From: Eledone cirrhosa
Taxonomy: Eukaryota
Reading direction: 5' to 3'
NCBI GenBank assembly: GCA_964016885.1
Contig: OZ024759.1
Span: 9,486,001 to 9,550,000 of the forward strand
DNA: 64,000 bases
A program made the position numbers and the translations under genes. Below the pieces are notes generated by a model. It searched no databases. It saw nothing but the letters and a program-made list of their open reading frames with translations, and had not been told where the DNA came from. How positions within the stretch are numbered: position 1 is the stretch's first letter; each line of letters starts with the position of its first letter. Of this stretch, positions 10,998 to 22,400 are shown one piece after another.

Positions 10998-12332
10998 TTA
11001 AACCATTCGATACCAAATTGCCCCTGGTTCTGTGATACAAAACTTTGTTTTAAGGTGTTTATATTTTGACAAAAAAATGTTCAACGTTTTATGTAAGAAC
11101 CTTTGTTGAATTATGTTCTGAACACCAACTTAATAACATGTCAGTCATACTATTAAATCCGTTTTTGATTATTTTCAAAAAGGATCTGAATATCATAGAT
11201 TTTGTGCTTCATTAGAAATATGGTAATGAAAGGGTTAAAGACATAGACAGTGTTTTTCATTAGAAATATGGTAATGAAAGGGTTAATGACATAGGTAGTG
11301 TCTTCTATTAGAAATATGGTAATGAAAGGGTTAAAGACTGTCTTTCATTAGAAATATGGTAATGGAAGGGTTAATGACATAGACAGTGTCTTACATTAGA
11401 AATATGGTAATGAAGGGGTTAAAGACATAGGCAGTGTCGTTCATTAGAAATATGGTAATGGAAGGGTTAATGATAGACAGTGTCTTACATTAGAAATATG
11501 GTAATGAAGGGGTTAAAGACATAGGCAGTGTCGTTCATTAGAAATATGGTAATGAAAGGGTTAATGACATAGACAGTGTCTTTCATTAGAAATATGGTAA
11601 TGAAAGGGTTAATGACATAGACAGTGTCTTTTATTAGAAATATGGTAATGAAAGGGTTAATGACATAGACAGTATCTTTCATTAGAAATATGGTAATGAA
11701 AGGGTTAATGACATAGACAGTGTCTTTTATTAGAAATATGGTAATGAAAGGGTTAATGACATAGACAGTGTCTTTCATTAGAAATATGGTAATGGAAGGG
11801 TTAATGACATAGACAGTGTCTTTTATTAAAAATATGGTAATGAAAGGGTTAATGACATAGACAGTGTCTTTCATTAGAAATATGGTAATGAAAGGGTTAA
11901 TGACATAGACAGTGTCTTTCATTATAAATATGATAATGAAAGGGTTAATGACATAGACAGTGTCTTTCATTAGAAATATGCGAATGAAAGGGTTAATGAC
12001 ATAGACAGTGTCTTTCATTAGAAATATGGTAACGGAAGAGTTAATGACATAGACAATGTCTTTCATTAGAAATATGGTAATGAAAGGGTTAATGACATAG
12101 ACAGTGTCTTTCATTAGAAATATGGTAATGAAAGGGTTAATGACATAGACAGTGTCTTTCATTAGAAATATGGTAATGGAAGGGTTAATGACATAGACAG
12201 TGTCTTTTATTAAAAATATGGTAATGAAAGGGTTAATGACATAGACAGTGTCTTTCATTAGAAATATGCTAATGAAAGGGTTAATGACATAGACAGTGTC
12301 TTTCATTAGAAATATGGTAATGGGAGGGTTAA
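10998..12332 (+). mobile_element. TTAA-flanked (piggyBac-like) MITE whose right terminus is tandemly amplified
   Basis: Left end ttaaaccattcgatacca (10998) is an imperfect inverted match to the atggtaatgaaagggttaa present in every repeat unit downstream. Confidence 0.6.
11208..12332 (+). repeat. Minisatellite, 48-bp unit, ~23 copies
   Basis: Unit ttcattagaaatatggtaatgaaagggttaatgacatagacagtgtct; explains the 16-aa periodic ORF 11485-12306. Confidence 0.96.
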
Positions 12333-12399
12333 AAATAAATTTCTGTTTGGATCAGCATCAGAAAGGTCATCTGACTTTAGAAATACTGCCTCAGAAAAG

Positions 12400-12700
12400 T
12401 CTCATCCAACCTATGCTGGTGTGGAAAAGCAAAGATGATATAGTTCCAGTTAAAAATGTTTATGGTGGTGGTTAGAATATCTCGGGAAAGAATCACTACA
12501 CAGATTTTACATGCAAAAACTAACTGGCAGGAGACTCCAGGGTAGACCTCAAGCAAGATGGTTGGATAACCTCCATGAGCTTGGCTGATCTTGCTTGGTG
12601 ATCCAACAAGATCTGCCCCGCCCCCACTTTCCAATCGCATAACCCTCCTAGGGACAGAATCTAGTTATTTCTGCTCTGAATTCAAACTCTGCCATGGTCA
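12400..12700 (+). mobile_element. Highly decayed RTE-like LINE 3' fragment
   Basis: Translates with disruptions to VVRISRERITTQILHAK...G*PQARWLDNLHELG, resembling the RTE C-terminal GHVxRMxxER...GRPRxRWxD. Confidence 0.4.
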
Positions 12701-12759
12701 ACCTCTCATACATTCCACATTTTGGCATTTCTGTAGTGTGATGCGCTACTTTATACCAA

Positions 12760-14600
12760 CACTTTACAGAATGTACTGGGTGCATTTTATGACTCAAACA
12801 CTACCAGTTTACACAGTGCATTGGGTGTATTTTTTCATGGCAGCAGCGCTACCATTTTACAGAGTGTACTGGGTGTATTTCATTGTGGAACCAGTACTAC
12901 CATTTTACTGATTGTACTGGGTGTATTTCACTGTGGAACCAGTACTACCATTTTACTGATTGTACTGGGTGTATTTCATTGTGGAACCAGTACTACCATT
13001 TTACTGAGTGTACTGGGTGTATTTCATTGTGGAACCAGTACTACCATTTTACAGAGTGTACTGGGTGTATTTCACTGTAGAACCAGTACTACCATTTTAC
13101 AGATTGTACTAGGTGTATTTCACTGTGGAACCAGTACTACCATTTTACAGAGTGTACTGGGTGTATTTCACTGTGGAACCAGTACTACCATTTTACTGAG
13201 TGTACTGGGTGTATTTCATTGTGGAACCAGTACTACCATTTTACAGAGTGTACTGGGTGTATTTCACTGTGGAACCAGTACTACCATTTTACAGAGTGTA
13301 CTAGGTGTATTTCACTGTGGAACCAGTACTATCATTTTACAGTGTACTGGGTGTATTTCACTGTGGAACCAGTACTACCATTTTACAGAGTGTACTGGGT
13401 GTATTTCATTGTGGAACCAGTACTACCATTTTACAGAGTGTACTGGGTGTATTTCACTGTGGAACCAGTACTATCATTTTACAGTGTACTGGGTGTATTT
13501 CACTGTGGAACCAGTACTACCATTTTACTAATTGTACTGGGTGTATTTCATTGTGGAACCAGTACTATCATTTTACAGAGTGTACTGGGTGTATTTCATT
13601 GTGGAACCAGTACTACCATTTTACAGAGTGTACTGGGTGTATTTCACTGTGGAACCAGTACTATCATTTTACAGTGTACTGGGTGTATTTCACTGTGGAA
13701 CCAGTACTACCATTTTACAGAGTGTACTGGGTGTATTTCATTGTGGAACCAGTACTACCATTTTACAGAGTGTACTGGGTGTATTTCACTGTGGAACCAG
13801 TACTATCATTTTACAGTGTACTGGGTGTATTTCACTGTGGAACCAGTACTACCATTTTACTAATTGTACTGGGTGTATTTCATTGTGGAACCAGTACTAT
13901 CATTTTACAGAGTGTACTGGGTGTATTTCATTGTGGAACCAGTACTACCATTTTACAGAGTGTACTGGGTGTATTTCACTGTGGAACCAGTACTACCATT
14001 TTACAGAGTGTACTGGGTGTATTTCACTGTGGAACCAGTACTACCATTTTACAATGTACTGGGTGTATTTCACTGTGGAACCAGTACTACCATTTTACAG
14101 TGTACTGGGTGTATTTCACTGTGGAACCAGTACTACCATTTTACTAATTGTACTGGGTGTATTTCACTGTGGAACCAGTACTATCTTTTTACAGAGTGTA
14201 CTGGGTGTATTTCATTGTGGAACCAGTACTACCATTTTACAGAGTGTACTGGGTGTATTTCATGTGGAACCAGTACTACCATTTTACAGTGTACTGGGTG
14301 TATTTCACTGTGGAACCAGTACTACCATTTTACAGTGTACTGGGTGTATTTCACTGTGGAACCAGTACTACCATTTTACTAATTGTACTGGGTGTATTTC
14401 ACTGTGGAACCAGTACTATCTTTTTACAGAGTGTACTGGGTGTATTTCATTGTGGAACCAGTACTACCATTTTACAGAGTGTACTGGGTGTATTTCACTG
14501 TGGAACCAGTACTACCATTTTACTGATTGTACTGGGTGTATTTTATTGTGGAACCAGCACTACCACTTTACAGAGTGTACTGGGTGTATTTTATTGTCAT
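12760..14600 (+). repeat. Minisatellite, 48-bp unit with 46-bp variants, ~38 copies
   Basis: Unit gtgtactgggtgtatttcactgtggaaccagtactaccattttacaga. The 2-bp deletion variants cause the frame-hopping pseudo-ORFs in the track. Confidence 0.96.
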
Positions 14601-14669
14601 AAACACCAGAACAATATCTAGTGGGCTGTTGTTGCTGTGTAATTATAATTTTTTTAAATTTCATTTTAG

Positions 14670-15445
14670 TGACTGAAAGTGAAAGTAAGTTGTTGTTGGA
14701 AGATGTGATGGGTGGACCTGGCGCTGTTGAACGACTGGTTAACCTGTGTACCATCATCAAACGAGAATATGAACAGTGTAAACGTAGTAAGAAGTCCCAG
14801 CGCTCGGAACTGGAGAACACTCTGCAGCAACTAGCCACAATGAGGGTTGCTGTTGATGAGCTGAAGACACAGGAGAAGTTACTCAAGGAACACTGTAAGA
14901 ATTCCGAGAAAGAACTCATGAAATGTGAAAATAAAATAACCCTGCTAAAGAAACGTCTCGCCAGGTCGGAATCCAAGAGAAAACTATCCGACGCTGACGA
15001 ATCTCCATCCGAGAACAACAACAACAGTTTGGAGATCAGTGACACTCCATCATCTGCTTTCACCACATCTCCTCATATCTCGGCACACACCACTTCCTCG
15101 TCTTCCAGCTCCTCTCCCTCCTCCTCGCCATCATTGCGGGAGCCAAAGTCTGTCAAGAATGCCATCGTTAGCAACTGCATTTCGAACTTGAGTGATTCCC
15201 ATTCTTTCTTTTCTAAAATCACGTCAGCCTCTCAGAAGAAACCAAAATTGAGGAGCAAGAGTTCATCAACTGTCTGTCAGGTTCAGTCATGCAACAGCTC
15301 ACCACAAGTACCAATTCTACAGAACATCCGTCGTGGGTATGATGGCTTTGGAGGCCACACCTCTTTTACCCAATCTCTGGGTGGGACTTCTCTCAAGAAA
15401 AAATATTTAAAGAATGTCAGTAATTCAAAACCCATCAAAAAGTGA
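14670..15445 (+). CDS. TRAIP: TRAIP coding exon 3 (terminal)
   Basis: Acceptor tttcattttAG at 14668-69. A+TG restores frame: MTESESKLLLEDVMGGPGAVERLVNLCTIIKREYEQCK (cf. TRAIP AVEQLAVYCVSLKKEYE) and IRRGYDGFGGHTSF (cf. IRTGFDGLGGRTKF). Stop TGA ends 15445; spliced CDS 1302 nt = 433 aa. Confidence 0.9.
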
Positions 15446-15502
15446 AGTTTTTTTTTTTTGTTTAAAAAAAAAATCTTCTTAATTGTTAAATAACAAAGAT
15501 TG

Positions 15503-15810
15503 CAATAGCCTAGTGGTTAGAGTGTTTGGCACATGATTGGTAGGTCATAGATCCAACTCCCTAATCAGGCAGTGTGTTATGATGTCCTTCAGCAATATAA
15601 TTAATTTCATGTTACTCCTGTCTAGACTCACAATTCCTTCCCAAACTAGGCAATCTGTTGTGTTCTTGATTAAGATAATTCATTTCCCTGAAGTCCAGGA
15701 AGATTGGTGTCCCATCTAGAGGGTTGTGTGTAGGTGTATGTGTCTTGGGCTCTCAATTATTTAACATTAATGAAACTAGGATAAGCCTAATGAACTCCTA
15801 GGACTTGGGG
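15503..15810 (+). mobile_element. Decayed tRNA-derived SINE just after the TRAIP stop codon
   Basis: A-box-like tagcctagtggttagag and a tgtccttcagcaa core similar to the SINEs at 51665 and 57640. Confidence 0.5.
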
Positions 15811-16080
15811 CAGACTTTAACCCTGTGATGGACTAGTGTCCTGTCCAGGAAAGAGTCTTGTATTCTCAGTTAACACTAATGAAACTTAAGGCTTGGAACA
15901 GACTTTAACCCTGTGATGGACTAGTGTCCTGTCCAGGGGAGAGTCTTGTATTCTCAGTTAACACCAATGAAACTTAAGGCTTGGAACAGACTTTAACCCT
16001 GTGATGGACTATTGTCCTATCCCGGGGAGAGTCTTGTATTCTCAGTTAACATCAATGAAACTTAAGTCTTGGAACAGACT
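15811..16080 (+). repeat. 88-bp tandem repeat x3 (SINE-tail-like), followed by AATAAA at 16111
   Basis: cagactttaaccctgtgatggactagtgtcctgtccagg... recurs at 15811, 15899 and 15987. Confidence 0.85.
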
Positions 16081-16437
16081 TATATTTTTATTAAGAAGAT
16101 CAGTACTGTAAATAAAATGTCCGACCATGTTTTTTTTTTTAAAGAGAATTTTCTTTTTTAAATGGCATTTGTTATCTTCATTTCTATTGTTTTTAACTTG
16201 TCTATGTTCTGTGGGGAAAATAAAAACTTTGGCTGTTTTTATATTTAAAAACTTTTAAGGTTTGTTTTTTCTTTAAAAATGTTAAAAAATCTTCATTAAA
16301 AACTAATTTTAAAAACCAGCTTCAAAACACTGTAAAGTATATATTAATGTTTATGACCTTCTCTGTCTATTTTGATACATTTATAAAATATGTGTACGTG
16401 GTGCTTTCAGCGCGGAAATAAATCTAAACCTTTTTCT

Positions 16438-17056
16438 TAATATATATATAATATAAAAGAAAGATATTTGTTGGTTGGCTACGCATGCACACACACACAC
16501 CTAAAGAGAGAGAGAGAGAGAGACACAGGGGAAGAGGCAGAGAGAGAGATACAATTAAAGTGTTAGATATTCAAAGAGAGAGTGACTTCCCACAAAAGTA
16601 TCAGTTGAAGGTTTAACAATATTGCGCTAGTGTTTGATTTTACAGAACAAAGAAAAATTGATACTATTTTAAATTAATCTACCCTCCAGCTTTTATCCAT
16701 ATACTACTTACAGTCCGTACTAACAAAGCAAAACACTTCAGAAGCAATGTTATGTGGTGTATTGCTGTGTTTCTGATGACGTCCTTTGGAGCTGAAAAAG
16801 ATACTGACTATGGTTATTTCACATTTAAAATCCAAGGTCCATGCTACCATTTAATCAGCAGTTTACTTCCTCAGCCTAATAAGGAAGTTTTATGACTTTT
16901 TTTTTTTATGTCTCTCTCTCTCTCACACACACACACACGCACACGCGCACAACGGTTCCAACTCATACCAGACACGGCACATCCAATGCAGTCATTTTCA
17001 CCTTTATCCGTCTTCTCTTAACTGTTTTCCCGGACAAAGCCGGGTAGCTCAGCTAG
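16438..17056 (+). mobile_element. Non-autonomous Helitron remnant
   Basis: 3' hairpin cccgg-acaaag-ccggg (17029-17044) then CTAG|T (17053-57). Internal frame from 16776, MTSFGAEKDTDYGYFTFKIQGPCYHLISSLLPQP, matches the Helitron Rep/Hel N-terminal motif MTSFGA...TFKIQGQVYHxIGSLLP. 5' boundary approximate. Confidence 0.8.
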
Positions 17057-17399
17057 TTTATTCTAAATTCAATGCATCTGTAAATAATATATTCCTATTC
17101 TATTTCGTTATTTTGAGTCTCAAAGACTTATACGTAGCAACCTGTTTTTCATTTTATTTTCTTCTTTTCTGAATATCATTCACTAAATTATTTTATTTAT
17201 TGAAATAGTAATTGTAAGGAAGTTTCATTTCATTTGGTATTTATTGGTTTTGTTTATCATTGAAATAGGTAGGTATTTTAATTATCACGATAAGGTTTGA
17301 GGAAACATTTTTTTATTTGTTTTCTTGTGAAACCCCAATGAAAATAAGACTATTGCTCATGAAAACATAAATAACAGCCAACTAAACTGGAAATTGAAA

Positions 17400-19395
17400 G
17401 AATTAGAGACCCTGCTAAGTGCATGGAGCTCAGTCAGTGGTTCTCCATCAAACCAGGAGACCCTGCTGTGGCTTTCTCACAACTTTGACGCAGATACTGT
17501 GAAAAAAGAAGTTATTTTGTGCCTACTTGGTTATTGGGTGACATGGATCAGCCAAGTCACATTTTTATAGAGGAGATGAAGAAAAACCACCAGCTACAAA
17601 GGACCCACAGAAGCCCAGGAGAATCTGAAAGCTGGTGAGAGGGAGATGGCTTGCGAAGCAGACTGAAGAAGAAAATGAAACACTGGAATACAGCTAAGGT
17701 AAACTAAAGAACCACCAGGTAGACCCTAGTAAGAAGAAAAACACAAACAGGAGACCACCAGTGGATAAATGGTAAGATGAAGAAGACTAGAGCTAAAAAA
17801 AAACAGAAAAAGATATCCCAAGTACTCTAAGTTCTACAAGAAAGAGACATGTTGACATGGGGAATCTAGAACACACCAGACTGCTGCTGCAGCTAACATT
17901 CTCATGCCAGCTACCCAAGCCAAAACCAACATGTGCAAACAACCCAGCTCACAGGGCTCCTGCCCAGAAAGCATGTTGAGGCTGCCGGTCTGCCCCGATA
18001 AAGAGAAGGAAGTATGTGGAGGTAGTACAGACTAGCTGCGGAACAGTCTTAAAATAGTAGAAAAGATTGAGACAACTGACATGGCTTTGTCAAATATAAA
18101 GCCAAAGTGAGTCACATCACTCATGACTACCACAAATAAAGGAGCCCACTCCAAATGTCACACCAGTGCTACTACTGTCAGAGGCCTGGTAAAACTAACC
18201 AACATGTATAAGATCCCCTACCTAAGAGACTTAGCCTCAAGCAATATGCATGGCACTAACTGAAACTCACCTGACAGCTAACATAACAGATGCAGAAATA
18301 CACATGCCAAAATATGTTGGGTTTCGTACTGACACAAGGGGAAGAGCTCACGCTGGAGTTGCTTTGTACATCTGTGAAGATGTCACAGATCAAGTTGGAA
18401 TGTGACAACAGTACTAATGGTGTGACATGTTAATAGTACACACGAAGCAACTCAAAATGGTAATGTGCGTCATATATTGACCACCAGATGCCCCCCCCAG
18501 ACATCAGGACAAATTTGAAGATAGCATCAGAAGTGGTGATCAATTTGGATCAGTGTCAACAACCTACTGTTGGGAGATTTTAACCTCCCCATGGTCAACT
18601 GGCCTGAATACCAGCCCCCCCCCCCCCCCCCCCCCCCCCGGAATGATGGCACCTGAACAAAGGCAGACAGAATCCTTGCTAAACCTTACAGACTCTTCTT
18701 GGAACATGGTATTCCATCCAACAAGAGGTGAAAATACCCTGGATCTCTGCTTCACGAATAACACGGAGCTCTACAATGTGAAAGTTGTAGTTAGAAAAAG
18801 CTATCTCACTTACCGCTTTTCACAGGCGCCGCTAAATTCCACTGCAGGTACTCTTCCACGTGCGTCCGACTGCTTAACACCGGGAGCTGCCCAAAACTCG
18901 CGTCCACACCGTATGCTGGTCACCACTAGAGAGAGGCCCTCTCCTGGCCCTTCCGGTCGAGCACTCCCCCCCGCCTCCGGCCACCGCACGCCACACCATA
19001 CCCACAAAAGTGACACCAACGATCTTCTCAGACCATCCTTTGGCATGGAAGGCAGGACCAGCCCACAAACAAGACACCTTTGTGTAGTGCCAAAGGTCCC
19101 ATCCGTCGCATGAAGAACAAGGACCACATACTACAATAGCCTGGAGTTCAAGGGACCCCAGCTTTTTAATAAGCTGCCAAAACATCTGAGATATCTACAT
19201 GGTGTGTATGTAGATGTTTCCAAGAGACATCTCAACATTCTACTCACTAAGATCTTGGATGAGGCAAAGCACAAATAAGGGTGGCTGCAACTAACTCCCT
19301 TTTGTATCAATGGCCAACCAGGGAAGGCTGGCTGCAGAAAGTGTAGCATCAATGACTGTACCCCAGCATGGCCTCAGTCTATCGGTTGGAACATG
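17400..19395 (+). mobile_element. Decayed, internally deleted CR1/L2-group LINE
   Basis: APE endonuclease motifs ALTETHL...GFRTD...AGVALYI (~18250-18380), LLGDFNLP and PTRGENTLDLCFTN (~18560-18770), plus an RT C-terminal NSLEFKGPQLFNKLPKHLR (~19135). Many stops and frameshifts; RT core missing. Confidence 0.75.
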
Positions 19396-19462
19396 TAATA
19401 GAATATATATATATAAATGGTAGTGAGACCTGGGGGTTGTGTAGATTAGAAAGAAGCTTGCA

Positions 19463-22400
19463 TGTCCTTAATTAGTTTAGTTCTTGTGTGCCTCTGTATG
19501 TCTTTATCTTGTCCTTAATTAGTTTAGTTCTTGTGTGCCTCTGTATGTCTTTATCTTGTCCTTAATTAGTTTAGTAATTGTATCTCTCTGTATGTCTTTA
19601 TCTTGTCCTTAATTAGTTTAGTTCTTGTGTGCCTCTGTATGTCTTTATCTTGTCCTTAATTAGTTTAGTTCTTCTGTGTCTCTGTATGTCTTCATCTTGT
19701 CCTCAATTAGTTTAGTTCTTGTGTGCCTCTGTATGTCTTTATCTTGTCCTTAATTAGTTTAGTTCTCGTGTGCCTCTGTATGTCTTTATCTTGTCCTTAA
19801 TTAGTTTAGTTCTTCTGTGTCTCTGTATGTCTTTATCTTGTCCTTAATTAGTTTAGTTCTTGTGTGTCTCTGTATGTCTTTATCTTGTCCTTAATTAGTT
19901 TAGTTCTTGTGTGTCTCTGTATGTCTTTATCTTGTCCTTAATTAGTTTAGTTCTTGTGTGTCTCTGTATGTCTTTATCTTGTCCTTAATTAGTTTAGTTC
20001 TTGTGTGTCTCTGTATGTCTTTATCTTGTCCTTAATTAGTTTAGTTCTTCTGTGTCTCTGTATGTCTTTATCTTGTCCTTAATTAGTTTAGTTCTTGTGT
20101 GTCTCTGTATGTCTTTATCTTGTCCTTAATTAGTTTAGTTCTTGTGTGTCTCTGTATGTCTTTATCTTGTTCTTAATTAGTTTAGTTCTTCTGTGTCTCT
20201 GTATGTCTTTATCTTGTCCTTAATTAGTTTAGTTCTTGTGTGCCTCTGTATGTCTTTATCTTGTCCTTAATTAGTTTAGTTCTTGTGTGCCTCTGTATGT
20301 CTTTATCTAGTCCTTAATTAGTTTAGTTCTTGTGTGTCTCTGTATATCTTTATCTTGTCCTTAATTAGTTTAGTTCTTCTGTGTCTCTGTATGTCTTTAT
20401 CTTGTCCTTAATTAGTTTAGTTCTTGTGTGTCTCTGTATGTCTTTATCTTGTCCTTAATTAGTTTAGTTCTTGTGTGTCTCTGTATGTCTTTATCTTGTC
20501 CTTAATTAGTTTAGTTCTTGTGTGTCTCTGTATGTCTTTATCTTGTCCTTAATTAGTTTAGTTCTTGTGTGCCTCTGTATGTCTTTATCTTGTCCTTAAT
20601 TAGTTTAGTTCTTCTGTGTCTCTGTATGTCTTTATCTTGTCCTTAATTAGTTTAGTTCTTGTGTGCCTCTGTATGTCTTTATCTTGTCCTTAATTAGTTT
20701 AGTTCTTCTGTGTCACTGTATGTCTTCATCTTGTCCTTAATTAGTTTAGTTCTTGTGTGCCTCTGTATGTCTTTATCTTGTCCTTAATTAGTTTAGTTCT
20801 TCTGTGTCACTGTATGTCTTCATCTTGTCCTTAATTAGTTTAGTTCTTCTGTGTCTCTGTCTAGTCTTTATTTTGTCCTTAATTAGTTTAGTTCTTGTAT
20901 GGCTCTGTATGTCTTTATCTTGTCCTTAATTAGTTTAGTAATTGTATGTCTCTGTATGTCTTTATCTTGTCCTTAATTAGTTTAGTTCTTCTGTGTCTCT
21001 GTATGTCTTTATCTTGTCCTTAATTAGTTTAGTTCTTCTGTGTCTCTGTATGTCTTTATCTTGTCCTTAATTAGTTTAGTTCTTGTGTGTCTCTGTATGT
21101 CTTTATCTTGTCCTTAATTAGTTTAGTTCTTGTGTGCCTCTGTATGTCTTTATCTTGTCCTTAATTAGTTTAGTTCTTGTGTGCCTCTGTATGTCTTTAT
21201 CTTGTCCTTAATTAGTTTAGTTCTTGTGTGCCTCTGTATGTCTTTATCTTGTCCTTAATTAGTTTAGTAATTGTATCTCTCTGTATGTCTTTATCTTGTC
21301 CTTAATTAGTTTAGTTCTTGTGTGTCTCTGTATGTCTTCATCTTGTCCTCAATTAGTTTAGTTCTCGTGTGCCTCTGTATGTCTTTATCTTGTCCTTAAT
21401 TAGTTTAGTAATTGTATCTCTCTGTATGTCTTTATCTTGTCCTTAATTAGTTTAGTTCTTCTGTGTCTCTGTATGTCTTTATCTTGTCCTTAATTAGTTT
21501 AGTTCTTGTGTGTCTCTGTATGTCTTTATCTTGTCCTTAATTAGTTTAGTTCTTGTGTGTCTCTGTATGTCTTTATCTTGTCCTTAATTAGTTTAGTTCT
21601 TGTGTGTCTCTGTATATCTTTATCTTGTCCTTAATTAGTTTAGTTCTTCTGTGTCTCTGTATGTCTTTATCTTGTCCTTAATTAGTTTAGTTCTTCTGTG
21701 TCTCTGTATGTCTTTATCTTCTCCTTAATTAGTTTAGTTCTTGTGTGTCTCTGTATGTCTTTATCTTGTTCTTAATTAGTTTAGTTCTTGTGTGCCTCTG
21801 TATGTCTTTATCTTGTCCTTAATTAGTTTAGTTCTTCTGTGTCACTGTATGTCTTCATCTTGTCCTTAATTAGTTTAGTTCTTGTGTGCCTCTGTATGTC
21901 TTTATCTTGTCCTTAATTAGTTTAGTTCTTCTGTGTCACTGTATGTCTTCATCTTGTCCTTAATTAGTTTAGTTCTTCTGTGTCTCTGTCTAGTCTTTAT
22001 TTTGTCCTTAATTAGTTTAGTTCTTGTATGGCTCTGTATGTCTTTATCTTGTCCTTAATTAGTTTAGTAATTGTATGTCTCTGTATGTCTTTATCTTGTC
22101 CTTAATTAGTTTAGTTCTTCTGTGTCTCTGTATGTCTTTATCTTGTCCTTAATTAGTTTAGTTCTTCTGTGTCTCTGTATGTCTTTATCTTGTCCTTAAT
22201 TAGTTTAGTTCTTGTGTGTCTCTGTATGTCTTTATCTTGTCCTTAATTAGTTTAGTTCTTGTGTGCCTCTGTATGTCTTTATCTTGTCCTTAATTAGTTT
22301 AGTTCTTGTGTGCCTCTGTATGTCTTTATCTTGTCCTTAATTAGTTTAGTTCTTGTGTGCCTCTGTATGTCTTTATCTTGTCCTTAATTAGTTTAGTAAT

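Noticed and set aside
11228-12332. Telomere-like GGGTTA in the 48-bp unit
   Set aside because: Single hexamer per unit, better explained as the MITE terminus GGG+TTAA; no (TTAGGG)n run.
11485-14621. Long periodic ORFs (MKDTVYVINPFITIFL; SVLGVFHCGTSTTILQ; WNQYYHFTECTGCISL)
   Set aside because: Translations of 48-bp minisatellites inside a TRAIP intron; frames hop with 2-bp indels and show no codon-level constraint.
14621-14669. N-terminus MGCCCCVIIIFLNFILV of the 274-aa ORF as a signal peptide
   Set aside because: Intronic pyrimidine tract; the exon begins at 14670 in phase with the upstream exon.
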